Origin: an uncultured Patescibacteria group bacterium
GTDB lineage: Bacteria; Patescibacteriota; Patescibacteriia; Veblenbacterales; UBA10138
NCBI GenBank assembly: GCA_937929825.1
Contig: CALFUV010000004.1
Location: 1,042-65,041, forward strand
DNA: 64,000 nucleotides
Direction of reading: 5' to 3'
Shown piece by piece: positions 10,074 to 19,002 of this stretch. Position 1 is the first letter of the stretch, and each line of letters opens with the position of its first letter. The notes beneath the pieces are model-generated. The model saw nothing but the letters and a program-made list of their open reading frames with translations, did no database searches and was not told the DNA's origin. The position numbers were made by a program, and so were the translations under genes.

Positions 10074-10082
10074 ATAAAATAA

Positions 10083-11261
10083 TTATTTTTTCTGATAATA
10101 ACCCAAAGCGGCTAAGCCGGGTAATTTTTCACCAGCCAAAAAAGCTAACATCGCGCTGCCGCCGGTTGAAAAATAATCAGCGCTTAAACTATGTTGATAG
10201 AAAAAACTGGTTGTATCACCACCGCCTACTACTACATAAACACGACGGCGAGCTAAGGCTGAAACCAAACGTCCAATAGCCAGTGTAGCATGCCGCCAAT
10301 TAGGTTCCTCTACCAATCCCAAGGGACCGCTCCAAAAAATTGTTCCAGCTTTTTTCAAATAATTAGAAAAAATAATGCAACTTTCAATGCCAATATCAAC
10401 TATTTTATCATTAAAAGAAATTGCATTAACTTTTTTTAACCAAGCTTCAGCTTGCTTAGTTTTTGGTTGATCAACCAAAACATCGACCGGTAAAATTATT
10501 TTTTTACCAGCGCGTCTCAATAGACTTTTGGCAATTTTCACTTCAGCTTGACTGTATAAAGACCGGCCTATTTTATAACCCTTAGCTTTTAAAAAATTAT
10601 TAGCCACACCGCCACCCACTAAAACCGCTTTTAAACGGGGTAAAAGCTTGGCAATTACTGGTAATTTATCACTAATTTTAGCACCACCAATTATGGCTAG
10701 TACTGGTTTTCGACCACTACGTCTAACTTTTTCTAAAGCCTCCACTTCATGAACCAAACCCAAACCGGCAAAAGAAGATAATTTAGAAGGTAAGGCTACT
10801 ATTGAAGCTGCCTGACGATGAGAGCAAGAAAAAGCTTCATTAACGTAAATTTGCCCCAAACCAGCTAAACGTTTAGCTAAATCAGAACTATTTATATCCT
10901 CACCCTTATCAAAACGAATATTTTCCAAAAGTACTAAGCCTTGGGCAGTCGCTTGTTTAATGACCTCAGCTGAAGAAGATAACGGCATAACCCTCACAGG
11001 CTGACGCAGTAATTTTCCTAAAGCATAGCCAATTGGTTTAAGGGATAATTTTGATTTAAACTTGCCTTTTGGTCTACCTAAATGACCTAGTAAAATAATT
11101 TTTGCTCCTCTTTTTTCTAAAAACCGAATAGTCGACACCGCCTCCTTAAGACGTGAATCATCTAAGACCTTTTTACCTAATAAAGGAACATTGGTATCAA
11201 TCCTGACTAAGGCTGTTTTGCCGTGTAAATTTTTAGCTGTGGCAATTGATTTAAAAATCAT
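10083..11261 (-). CDS. pgk: Phosphoglycerate kinase
   Basis: VRIDTNVPL, HLGRPKG, LLENIRF, GGAKISDK, GGGDT, STGG. Confidence 0.95.
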   Translation of the reverse strand: MIFKSIATAKNLHGKTALVRIDTNVPLLGKKVLDDSRLKEAVSTIRFLEKRGAKIILLGHLGRPKGKFKSKLSLKPIGYALGKLLRQPVRVMPLSSSAEVIKQATAQGLVLLENIRFDKGEDINSSDLAKRLAGLGQIYVNEAFSCSHRQAASIVALPSKLSSFAGLGLVHEVEALEKVRRSGRKPVLAIIGGAKISDKLPVIAKLLPRLKAVLVGGGVANNFLKAKGYKIGRSLYSQAEVKIAKSLLRRAGKKIILPVDVLVDQPKTKQAEAWLKKVNAISFNDKIVDIGIESCIIFSNYLKKAGTIFWSGPLGLVEEPNWRHATLAIGRLVSALARRRVYVVVGGGDTTSFFYQHSLSADYFSTGGSAMLAFLAGEKLPGLAALGYYQKK

Positions 11262-11341
11262 ACCTTATAATTATAAGCCAAGATAGGTTAAAATACGAGT
11301 TTTTAAAAAACTCCAGTTTGAAACAAACAAAATTAAATAAT

Positions 11342-12382
11342 TTAAACTAAGCTGGCAGCTATTTCTACCAAACGGTTAGCATAACCCCATTCGTTGTCGT
11401 ACCAAGCAATAACTTTTACCATATTACCACCCACCACTTGAGTCAAGGAAAGATCAGCAATAGCCGAAGCAGAATTACCTATAATATCGGAGGAAACTAT
11501 AGGTTCACTGGTAACTTGCAAAATACCGCGGTACCGGGAACTTTTAGCTGCTGTGCGTAAGGCGTTATTAACTTGAGCTTTAGTTACTTTTTTGCGTTTC
11601 AAAACAAATGTAAAATCTGACAATGAACCACAAGGTGTCGGTACACGAATAGATAATCCATCAAACAATCCTTTTAACTGTGGGATAGTTTCAGTAGTAG
11701 CTATGGCAGCGCCGGTTGTTGTAGGCACAATATTCTGAGAAGCAGCTCGGGCGCGACGTAAATCTTTATGCGGTCCGTCAACTAAATTTTGATCTGCTGT
11801 ATAACTATGAATAGTAGTCATCATAGCTTTCTCTACACCAAAAGCTGATACCATTACTTGAGCAATAGGCGAAATACAATTAGTTGTACAAGAAGCATTG
11901 GAAAATATGCTATCATTAATTTTTTGTTTATCTCCAGCATTAACTCCTAAAACATAAGTTGGCACTCCTCCACCCTTAGCCGGCGCAGACAATATAACCC
12001 GCCGCGCACCGGCTTTAAGGTGCCAAATCGCGTCATTTTTTTTAGTAAACCTGCCAGTGCACTCCAATACTACTTCTACACCCATTTTTTTCCAAGGCAA
12101 ACGTGCTGGTTCTTTTTCAGCCAACACCGGATACTTTTTCCCTTCTACAATTAAATTTTTGCTGTCAGCTGATACTTTTTTATCGTATAAACCATACACA
12201 GTATCATAGCGCAGTAAATGCGCCAATACCCGCGGCGCTACTAAATCATTAATAGCTATGACTCTTAAATTTGGTTTAGTAAGAGCAATTTTAAAAGCCG
12301 CTCGGCCAATGCGTCCAAAGCCATTAATAGCTATATTAATTTGCTTATTTGTTTTGGGGTTTGTTGAGATATTTGGGAGCAT
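11342..12382 (-). CDS. gap: Type I glyceraldehyde-3-phosphate dehydrogenase
   Basis: INGFGRIGR, SNASCTTNC, WYDNEWGY. Confidence 0.98.
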   Translation of the reverse strand: MLPNISTNPKTNKQINIAINGFGRIGRAAFKIALTKPNLRVIAINDLVAPRVLAHLLRYDTVYGLYDKKVSADSKNLIVEGKKYPVLAEKEPARLPWKKMGVEVVLECTGRFTKKNDAIWHLKAGARRVILSAPAKGGGVPTYVLGVNAGDKQKINDSIFSNASCTTNCISPIAQVMVSAFGVEKAMMTTIHSYTADQNLVDGPHKDLRRARAASQNIVPTTTGAAIATTETIPQLKGLFDGLSIRVPTPCGSLSDFTFVLKRKKVTKAQVNNALRTAAKSSRYRGILQVTSEPIVSSDIIGNSASAIADLSLTQVVGGNMVKVIAWYDNEWGYANRLVEIAASLV

Positions 12383-12519
12383 AAAAATTTAAGCTAATTA
12401 GTACGTATTAAGTATAACTCATCTTTGCTAATAAAAAAATAAGCTCTCTAGATATAAAGATAGCCTTATTTACTTCTTCTGAAGACATTAAGAATTTTTT
12501 AAACATTTTTATCAAGCTG

Positions 12520-13014
12520 TAAAAAGAAAGGTCTTTGCTTAACGCAAAGACCTAATTCCGTAAATTAAAACTTTTTAAAAACAGACTACTAATTTTGCTA
12601 ACCGCAAAATGGTTTTTAGATGGTACTTTTATGTGTACCTTGCCATTTGTTCGCTACACGGTTGCGTGTTTTTTCTTTTTTAACCAATGTTGGCTTATTT
12701 CCCAAAAATCCTGGGAGCCTTAGCGGCCATACCGCAAGGAAAGAAAAAATGAGTCTGTTAAGTTTTATTTACTTATTTTGCGAACTTTGCTGATTGATTT
12801 TTCTCCTGTTGAAGAATATAGTATTTTTTGTACCGAAGGTACAGCCTTTAACAAGGAGTGGCACGAAAATCGTGCAATCAGCTTTTATTATATCCACACA
12901 TCGTAAACTGATTTTTTCTCCAAACTTGGAGTAACTCACCGTTTCTCCGGAAGTCCGGCGTAATCAATTCCGCTGTGGAATATTACCAACCTAGCTAAGC
13001 TAAGTAACGGTAAT
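12520..13014 (-). ncRNA. Putative large structured non-coding RNA (~490 nt), class unknown
   Basis: Four base-paired domains with about 15 helices, a C(UUCG)G tetraloop and a possible pseudoknot; own promoter and terminator; no ORF in the track. Confidence 0.75.
12521..12553 (-). terminator. Intrinsic terminator ending the candidate ncRNA
   Basis: 10-bp perfect stem AGGTCTTTGC/GCAAAGACCT (12529-38/12544-53) followed by UUCUUUUU on the minus strand. Confidence 0.85.
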
Positions 13015-13018
13015 GATA

Positions 13019-13047
13019 ATAATATAGTGAATTATTATTTAGGTCAA
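13019..13047 (-). promoter_or_regulatory. Sigma70 promoter of the candidate ncRNA
   Basis: TTGACC (13047-42)-N17-TATTAT (13024-19); predicted start coincides with the first helix. Confidence 0.7.
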
Positions 13048-13130
13048 TAATTATATCTTGGGATAAATTGTGGAAAGATAAAAATTATATCTTGGCTTAT
13101 TTAAGCCAAAATTAATAAATATTCACAATT

Positions 13131-13844
13131 TTAATAAGGTTTAATAAATGTACCAATTGATTTACCAAAAATCACCCTTACTAAAGCATTTTTTTGCCAG
13201 CGACAAACTACCACCGGTATTTTATATTTTAAACAAAAAGCAAAAGCCGATTTATCCATTATACCTAATTTTTCCCGAATAGCTTGCGATAAGGAAATAT
13301 CCTGATACTTTACGGCATTGGAACTACGCTTAGGATCTTTTGAATAAACCCCATCAGCTGGTCCACACTTAATTATTACTTGAGCATGTATATCACGTGC
13401 CCGCAGCACCGCCGCTGTATCGGTAGTAAAAAAGGGCTTACCTGTTCCACCGGCAAAAATAACAATTTCTCCTCGTCGTAAACTGCCGCGGGCAGCGACT
13501 GTATCTAGCACTTGAACACCTGGCAAATCATAAGCTATTGGTGATTGTAAAACTGCTGATAGTTTCTTTTTTTGTAAAGCCTCCCGCAATGCTAAACCAT
13601 TCATAACCGTGGCCAACAAACCTATATAATCAGCCGTGATATCACCTAATCCTTGACCATGCGTACGCCTTCGCCAAATATTACCGCCACCCACCACTAC
13701 CGCTGTTTCTATTTTTAGCTTTCTTAATTTCCTTAACTCCTCAATTATCATACTTAAATATCTCTTCTGAATACCACCTGATTTGCTACTAAAAGCTTCG
13801 CCTGAAAGCTTAATTAACACACGTTGATATTTAAATGTTGACAT
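13131..13844 (-). CDS. pyrH: Uridylate kinase
   Basis: IKLSGEA, VVGGGNIWR, GTGKPFFTTDTAA, DGVYSKDP; follows tsf. Confidence 0.95.
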   Translation of the reverse strand: MSTFKYQRVLIKLSGEAFSSKSGGIQKRYLSMIIEELRKLRKLKIETAVVVGGGNIWRRRTHGQGLGDITADYIGLLATVMNGLALREALQKKKLSAVLQSPIAYDLPGVQVLDTVAARGSLRRGEIVIFAGGTGKPFFTTDTAAVLRARDIHAQVIIKCGPADGVYSKDPKRSSNAVKYQDISLSQAIREKLGIMDKSAFAFCLKYKIPVVVCRWQKNALVRVIFGKSIGTFIKPY

Positions 13845-13937
13845 AACTTAATTAATTTTATCATGACATTAAAAATAAACCAACAAAAAACAGCTTTGTA
13901 GTATAAGACGGCTTATTTTAATATCAAATCTTATTCC

Positions 13938-14528
13938 TTATCCTCCAAGAACGAATCTGGCAAATCTTTTTACTTTAATATTTTCACCTATAGTAGCCAC
14001 GGCTTCAGCAATAACATCACCAACTGTCTGTTTATCATTTTTAAAAAATGGTTGTAATAATAAACAAACTTCTTGGTAATATTTATTAAGCTTACCTTCT
14101 ATTATTTTTTCCGCTATATCTCCGCTTTTGCCCTCAGATGCTAATTGTTCGCGATAGACACTTTTTTCACGAGCGATAATTTCTGCCGGAATTTGTGATG
14201 GATCTAAATAAAGAGGGTTCGCGGCGGCAATTTGCATAGCTATATCATGAGCTAGTTCCTTAAACTTATCCGTTCTAGCTACGAAATCAGTTTCACAAGC
14301 CACCTCCACCAATACACCCAAACGACCTCCAGTATGAATATAAGCTTCTACCAAACCTTGTCCAGTAGCTCTCTCTCCTTTGGCGGCTGCCACTTTTACA
14401 CCACGCTGTCGCAGTAAATCAACCGCCTTATCAAAATTACCTCCAGCCTCTTCTAAAGCTTTTTTGGCCGCCATCATACCCGCGCCTGTTTGTTCTCTAA
14501 GTTTTTGCACTTCTTTTAAATCACTCAT
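13938..14528 (-). CDS. tsf: Elongation factor Ts (short form)
   Basis: LREQTGAGMM, EVACETDFVA, GENIKVKRFARF. Confidence 0.97.
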   Translation of the reverse strand: MSDLKEVQKLREQTGAGMMAAKKALEEAGGNFDKAVDLLRQRGVKVAAAKGERATGQGLVEAYIHTGGRLGVLVEVACETDFVARTDKFKELAHDIAMQIAAANPLYLDPSQIPAEIIAREKSVYREQLASEGKSGDIAEKIIEGKLNKYYQEVCLLLQPFFKNDKQTVGDVIAEAVATIGENIKVKRFARFVLGG

Positions 14529-14545
14529 ATTGTAAAAAATAATAA

Positions 14546-15259
14546 TTATTTACTTTGTCTTTCATGATTGCTTGATTCTTTTTTACCCTCTCTAATAGCT
14601 TGAACCACCAAATCAACCACCAGCTTAATTGAGCGTAGGGCATCGTCATTTCCGGGAATAACATACTGGATCATTTTCGGATTGGTGTCAGTATCTACAA
14701 TACCTATCACCGGCACATTAACTTTGTTAGCCTCACGAATAGCGTTTTTACCCTCCCTAACACCAACTATAAAAACAGCTTCCGGCAACTTAGTAAGTGT
14801 ACGAATGCCGCCAACCGTCAACATTAAACGATCTAAATCCTTTTGCAATTCTAACTGCTCTTTTTTGGTATACTGATTCCAAACACCTCTGTTCTTTTCT
14901 GCTTCCAGTTTATCCAAACGCTGAATAAGTTTACTAATTACACCCCAATTAGTAAAAACACCACCCAACCACCGCTCTACTATATAAGGCATACCAGTAT
15001 CTAAGGCGGCTTGACGTATAACTTCATCAGCTTGTTTTTTTAAACCAGTAAACAAAATCTGCCCGCCAGCTGCAGTCAATTCCTTAATAAAAACCAGAGC
15101 GCGATTAAGCTCCACAACCGTCTTTTCCAAATCAAGTATATGAATGCCCTGTCTTGATGTATAAATATACTGCCTCATGCGCGGGTGCCACTTTGAAGTC
15201 TGATGACCAAAGTGCACACCGGCTTTAAGCATTTCTACTAATGATGGGATTTCTGGCAT
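14546..15259 (-). CDS. rpsB: 30S ribosomal protein S2
   Basis: AGVHFGHQT..WHPRM, RWLGG.FTN, IPGNDDA. Confidence 0.98.
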   Translation of the reverse strand: MPEIPSLVEMLKAGVHFGHQTSKWHPRMRQYIYTSRQGIHILDLEKTVVELNRALVFIKELTAAGGQILFTGLKKQADEVIRQAALDTGMPYIVERWLGGVFTNWGVISKLIQRLDKLEAEKNRGVWNQYTKKEQLELQKDLDRLMLTVGGIRTLTKLPEAVFIVGVREGKNAIREANKVNVPVIGIVDTDTNPKMIQYVIPGNDDALRSIKLVVDLVVQAIREGKKESSNHERQSK

Positions 15260-15264
15260 AAAAA

Positions 15265-15420
15265 AATTATCTCCTTTACGCGAATGAGCTATAGCCCTCG
15301 CCTGCTACTGTATTGGTTTTTAGGCTAAGGAAGTCTGATATTATCAGACCAAGGTATAAGCCCCAAAACAGTATGATTAATTAGTGAGAACATTATAAAC
15401 GATTCATTCTTTCTTGACAA
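15265..15420 (-). promoter_or_regulatory. rpsB promoter and structured 5' leader (probable S2 autoregulatory element)
   Basis: TTGTCA (15420-15)-N17-TATAAT (15397-92); leader pairings TACTG/CAGTA, TTTTGGGGCT/AGCCTAAAAA, TCTGAT/ATCAGA; SD AAGGAG. Confidence 0.6.
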
Positions 15421-16101
15421 GGGATAAAAGAAAACCCCCGGCCTGTTGAAATTATTCAGGCAGAGGGGGTGTCTATAAAATGATATTTTTACTAAAATTA
15501 ATCGACCTAATGGCAAATAGCGTGGGGTGCTGGCTATATATTTTTTATAATCATCACCAAAACGACTTAATAAAAATTTTTCCTCAGCTAATATCACTTG
15601 ATGATAAATATAAGCCGATTTTATGAGGATCACAAAAAATAAAACCAAAAAAATTGGTTCGGTTAAAAAAGGCCAAGTATAAGTAATCAACATACCAAAC
15701 CATTCTATAGCTAATCCTACATAAATAGGATTACGGCACAAATAATAAGGTCCGTTTACAACTAACGGCTCGGGACTTTTTGTTTTTTCGGCAAAACCTG
15801 CCCATGAACGCCCAATAGTTATTCTCCCCCAAACTACTAAAATAAAACCCATAAAAAACAAAATAACACCGCTTACCAAGGCAAAATAATTTATGGGGAA
15901 AATAATAAAAACTATTACTGAAAAAATAATTACCAAAAACTTTGCTAACCCGCTAATTTGATACAATATAATACTGGCATCAGGAATAAGGGATTCGTAT
16001 TCTACTCCGTTATCTTCTTCAAGTTGACCCCATAACCAACAGCGATATACCCAGGTTGCCAAAAATAAAACTAAAACAGCTATTTTTAATAAGACTTCCA
16101 T
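15325..16101 (-). CDS. Isoprenylcysteine carboxylmethyltransferase / PEMT-family membrane methyltransferase
   Basis: LVVNGPYYLCRNPIYVG and EEKFLLSRFGDDYKKY..TPRYLP motifs; multi-TM; SD AAGGAG. Confidence 0.85.
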   Translation of the reverse strand: MEVLLKIAVLVLFLATWVYRCWLWGQLEEDNGVEYESLIPDASIILYQISGLAKFLVIIFSVIVFIIFPINYFALVSGVILFFMGFILVVWGRITIGRSWAGFAEKTKSPEPLVVNGPYYLCRNPIYVGLAIEWFGMLITYTWPFLTEPIFLVLFFVILIKSAYIYHQVILAEEKFLLSRFGDDYKKYIASTPRYLPLGRLILVKISFYRHPLCLNNFNRPGVFFYPLSRKNESFIMFSLINHTVLGLIPWSDNIRLP

Positions 16102-16109
16102 AACTTACT

Positions 16110-16143
16110 CCTTTTTTAATGAACTACCTTTTTTAATGAACTA
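16110..16143. repeat. Exact 17-bp tandem duplication CCTTTTTTAATGAACTA x2
   Basis: Copies at 16110-16126 and 16127-16143, abutting the SD of the methyltransferase gene. Confidence 0.8.
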
Positions 16144-16232
16144 TTTATTATTTATTTTATTTTTAATCAATAAATATACCCCATTTAATATCTCTTGTCA
16201 ATATTTTAAGAATATGATAAACTATTTCCATT

Positions 16233-16481
16233 ATGAAAAAAGATATTCACCCTACTTATTATCCTAAAGCCAAAGTCGTTTGTGCTTGTGGCAATAGTTT
16301 TACTATCGGCTCAACTGTTGAACAAATGAGTGTGGAAATATGTTCAACTTGTCATCCATTCTTTACCGGTAAACAAAAACTGATGGATTCAGCCGGACGG
16401 GTAGAACGCTTTCGTAAGCGAGCGGAAAAAAGCCACTCCGCTACTGGACGAAAACTTAAGGCTAAAAAAACTGACAAGTAA
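16233..16481 (+). CDS. rpmE: 50S ribosomal protein L31 (Zn-binding type)
   Basis: [32 protein letters not shown]. Confidence 0.98.
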   Translation: MKKDIHPTYYPKAKVVCACGNSFTIGSTVEQMSVEICSTCHPFFTGKQKLMDSAGRVERFRKRAEKSHSATGRKLKAKKTDK

Positions 16482-16496
16482 ATTTATTTTTAAACA

Positions 16497-16538
16497 AACC
16501 CGACTCAAAGTTTGTATATGAATACCGAGCGGGTTTTT
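16497..16538 (+). terminator. Intrinsic terminator after rpmE
   Basis: AAACCCG..CTC / GAG CGGGTTT stem plus T tract. Confidence 0.55.
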
Positions 16539-16563
16539 GATTATGGTGATAAAATAATCACAT

Positions 16564-17616
16564 ATGAACTTAGGTGATAAATTAAAAATACTGCGAAAAC
16601 AAGCGGCTGAACTGGAAACAAAACTTCAGAATCCAGAAATTTTTTCCAATGCTGAAAAAATAAGGTACTTAAACAAAAGTTATGGAGAAATCCGGGCTGC
16701 TATAGAATTAGCCGAGCAAGCTGAAAAACTTGAACAACAAATAAAAGAGCTTAACCATTCTTTGCGTACAGAAAAAGAAACCGACTTACAAAAATTAATG
16801 TCTGAAGAGTTAATTAATCTGAATAATAATTTAGCTAAAATCCAATATGAGTTGAGTGAATTACTTGAGCCGTCAAACCCCTTGGATAATAAAAACACCA
16901 TCATTGAAATTCGCGCCGGTACTGGTGGCGATGAAGCAGCCTTGTTTGCGGCTGATCTCTATCGCATGTATGCCCGCTTTGCTGAACGTAAGGGCTGGCA
17001 TGTACAAGTGTTATCAGAAAACCGAAACACTTTAGGCGGCTATAAGGAAATTATCTTTGAAATCACCGGCCAAAAAGTTTATTCCAATTTAAAATACGAA
17101 AGCGGTGTTCACCGGGTACAAAGGGTACCAGTAACGGAAAAAAATGGTCGGGTGCATACTTCAACTGCTACGGTAGCAGTTTTACCTGAAGCCGAAGAGG
17201 TAGATATTGAACTTAAACCGGAAGAATTGAAAATTGAAGCTACCACCTCCTCTGGTCATGGTGGCCAAAGTGTAAATACAACTTATTCAGCTATACGTAT
17301 TGTCCACTTACCAACTGGACTGACAGTTATTTGCCAAGATGAACGCTCACAAAAACAAAACAAAGAAAAGGCTTTGGCTGTTCTCCGCTCTAGACTTTAC
17401 GCCCTGCAGCAAGAAAAACTTCGCCAAGAAAGAGACTCCGCACGTCGTGGACAAATAGGCACTGGTGAACGATCGGAAAAAATCCGCACCTACAATTATC
17501 CTCAAGACAGATTAACTGACCATCGCACCAAAGATTCATGGCATAATTTAACAGATATCTTAGATGGCAACTTAGATGACATTATTAATAGGCTTAAACA
17601 AGCAAACATAGCTTAA
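16564..17616 (+). CDS. prfA: Peptide chain release factor 1
   Basis: EIRAGTGGDEAALF, HRVQRVPVTE (PxT), GGQ, KIRTYNYPQ. Confidence 0.97.
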   Translation: MNLGDKLKILRKQAAELETKLQNPEIFSNAEKIRYLNKSYGEIRAAIELAEQAEKLEQQIKELNHSLRTEKETDLQKLMSEELINLNNNLAKIQYELSELLEPSNPLDNKNTIIEIRAGTGGDEAALFAADLYRMYARFAERKGWHVQVLSENRNTLGGYKEIIFEITGQKVYSNLKYESGVHRVQRVPVTEKNGRVHTSTATVAVLPEAEEVDIELKPEELKIEATTSSGHGGQSVNTTYSAIRIVHLPTGLTVICQDERSQKQNKEKALAVLRSRLYALQQEKLRQERDSARRGQIGTGERSEKIRTYNYPQDRLTDHRTKDSWHNLTDILDGNLDDIINRLKQANIA

Positions 17617-17627
17617 AGCAACATATT

Positions 17628-18476
17628 ATGACCTATGGTCAGGCTTTAATTTGGGCCATACGACTCTTAAAAAAAACATCTCACTCCCCAGAACTTGATG
17701 CTGAGTTAATTTTGTCTTCTACTGACGAATGTTCACGGGCTACTTTGTTGACTAGAGTAAACAATCAGCTAAATTTTTGGAAATTTATTAAATTTAAAAA
17801 ATATATTTATCAAAGATTATCGGGCTACCCAGTAGCTTATATAACAGGTAAGAAAGAATTTTATGGCAGAGAATTTTTTGTTAATACTCACACTTTAATT
17901 CCCCGACCAGAAACAGAAATTTTAGTAGAGGAAGCCATCCTTCTGATTAACTCTAATAAAGAAATAAAAAAACTAATAGATGTTGGCACAGGCTCCGGTT
18001 GTATTGCTATTAGCCTAGCTTGTAAACTACCGCAGATAAAAATATTGGCTACAGATATTTCTAAATCAGCTCTGCGTATAGCTCATCAAAATGCTATTCG
18101 CTTTGGGGTTGATAATAAAATAGTTTTAAGACATGGTAATTTGCTTGAACCAATAATGGAACAATTGCAACCTAATTCAGTAATTATTGCTAATTTACCA
18201 TACTTGAAAACAGAAGAAATTAATGAAAGCTTAAAATACGAACCGACCCAAGCTTTAGATGGTGGATTTGATGGAATGAAATTTTATAAAGCCCTTCTTT
18301 CACAAATAAAAAAACCACTCCCAAAACTTAAACCATTATTTATTTTACTGGAAGTACATCCACCAACCATATTATTACTTAAATCTCTTATTTCTAAATA
18401 TCTGCCTTCAAATCAAACAGAAATCATAGCTGATTTATCCGGCAAACAGCGGTTACTCAAAATAGGACTAAATTAA
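17628..18476 (+). CDS. prmC: Release factor glutamine methyltransferase
   Basis: LIPRPETE, DVGTGSGCI, NLPY, EPTQALDGG; follows prfA. Confidence 0.95.
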   Translation: MTYGQALIWAIRLLKKTSHSPELDAELILSSTDECSRATLLTRVNNQLNFWKFIKFKKYIYQRLSGYPVAYITGKKEFYGREFFVNTHTLIPRPETEILVEEAILLINSNKEIKKLIDVGTGSGCIAISLACKLPQIKILATDISKSALRIAHQNAIRFGVDNKIVLRHGNLLEPIMEQLQPNSVIIANLPYLKTEEINESLKYEPTQALDGGFDGMKFYKALLSQIKKPLPKLKPLFILLEVHPPTILLLKSLISKYLPSNQTEIIADLSGKQRLLKIGLN

Positions 18477-18615
18477 ATAAAAACGACGCTTATAGTGTGC
18501 TAATAATATCATTAATTACAAATACCCACATTTTATCCACCAAGATAACAATGATGATATTTTATTTTTTTGTTAAAATATCTTCGCAAACACAATAATA
18601 AAAAGAGAGGTAAAA

Positions 18616-18912
18616 ATGAAAACACTTCTTAAAATAACAGACATTATTAAACAGTGGCAATTTATTGCCCAAGAATATTGCCAAAGTAAAGAAAACTTGC
18701 CCCTACGGGTAATAATAAATAAATCTAAAGAAAAAATACATGCTGAAATTTTTAATATTATTACCAATGATGGCGAAAATGAAGTAATTCTAGTTACTGA
18801 ACATGGCCCACTAATTATTAATGAAAATAATCAATGGGCTCTATACTTGGGTCAAACTGCCGGTAAAAAGACAATATTCACAAAAAATCTAAATAAAAAC
18901 GAAGAGGAATAA
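18616..18912 (+). CDS. Hypothetical protein
   Basis: 98-aa ORF with SD GAGGT and a downstream terminator. Confidence 0.65.
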   Translation: MKTLLKITDIIKQWQFIAQEYCQSKENLPLRVIINKSKEKIHAEIFNIITNDGENEVILVTEHGPLIINENNQWALYLGQTAGKKTIFTKNLNKNEEE

Positions 18913-18930
18913 TTATGTCTGTTAAAAAAT

Positions 18931-18969
18931 AAAAAGCCGACTCTTTACCAAAATAGATTCGGCTTTTTT
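18931..18969. terminator. Bidirectional terminator
   Basis: AAAAGCCGA...TCGGCTTTTT between convergent genes. Confidence 0.7.
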
Positions 18970-19002
18970 ATATTTTAATCTTCAAACCTTAATCTAGAAA
19001 AA

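Noticed and set aside
12520-13014. RNase P RNA, tmRNA, SRP RNA, 6S RNA or a self-splicing intron as the identity of the structured region
   Set aside because: No GAGGAAAGUCC P4 signature, no tRNA-like ends or CCA, no recognisable intron core; longer and more branched than 6S or small SRP. Judged by eye, so cmscan is still needed.
13056-13080. DnaA-box-like words (TTATCCCAA, CTTTCCACA); also TTATCCACC near 18533 and TTATCCACA at 30211
   Set aside because: Scattered, mismatched or inside a CDS; no cluster or dnaA/dnaN context to support oriC
18573-18767. Minus-strand 64-aa ORF
   Set aside because: Overlaps the plus-strand 98-aa ORF, which has a better SD and a terminator
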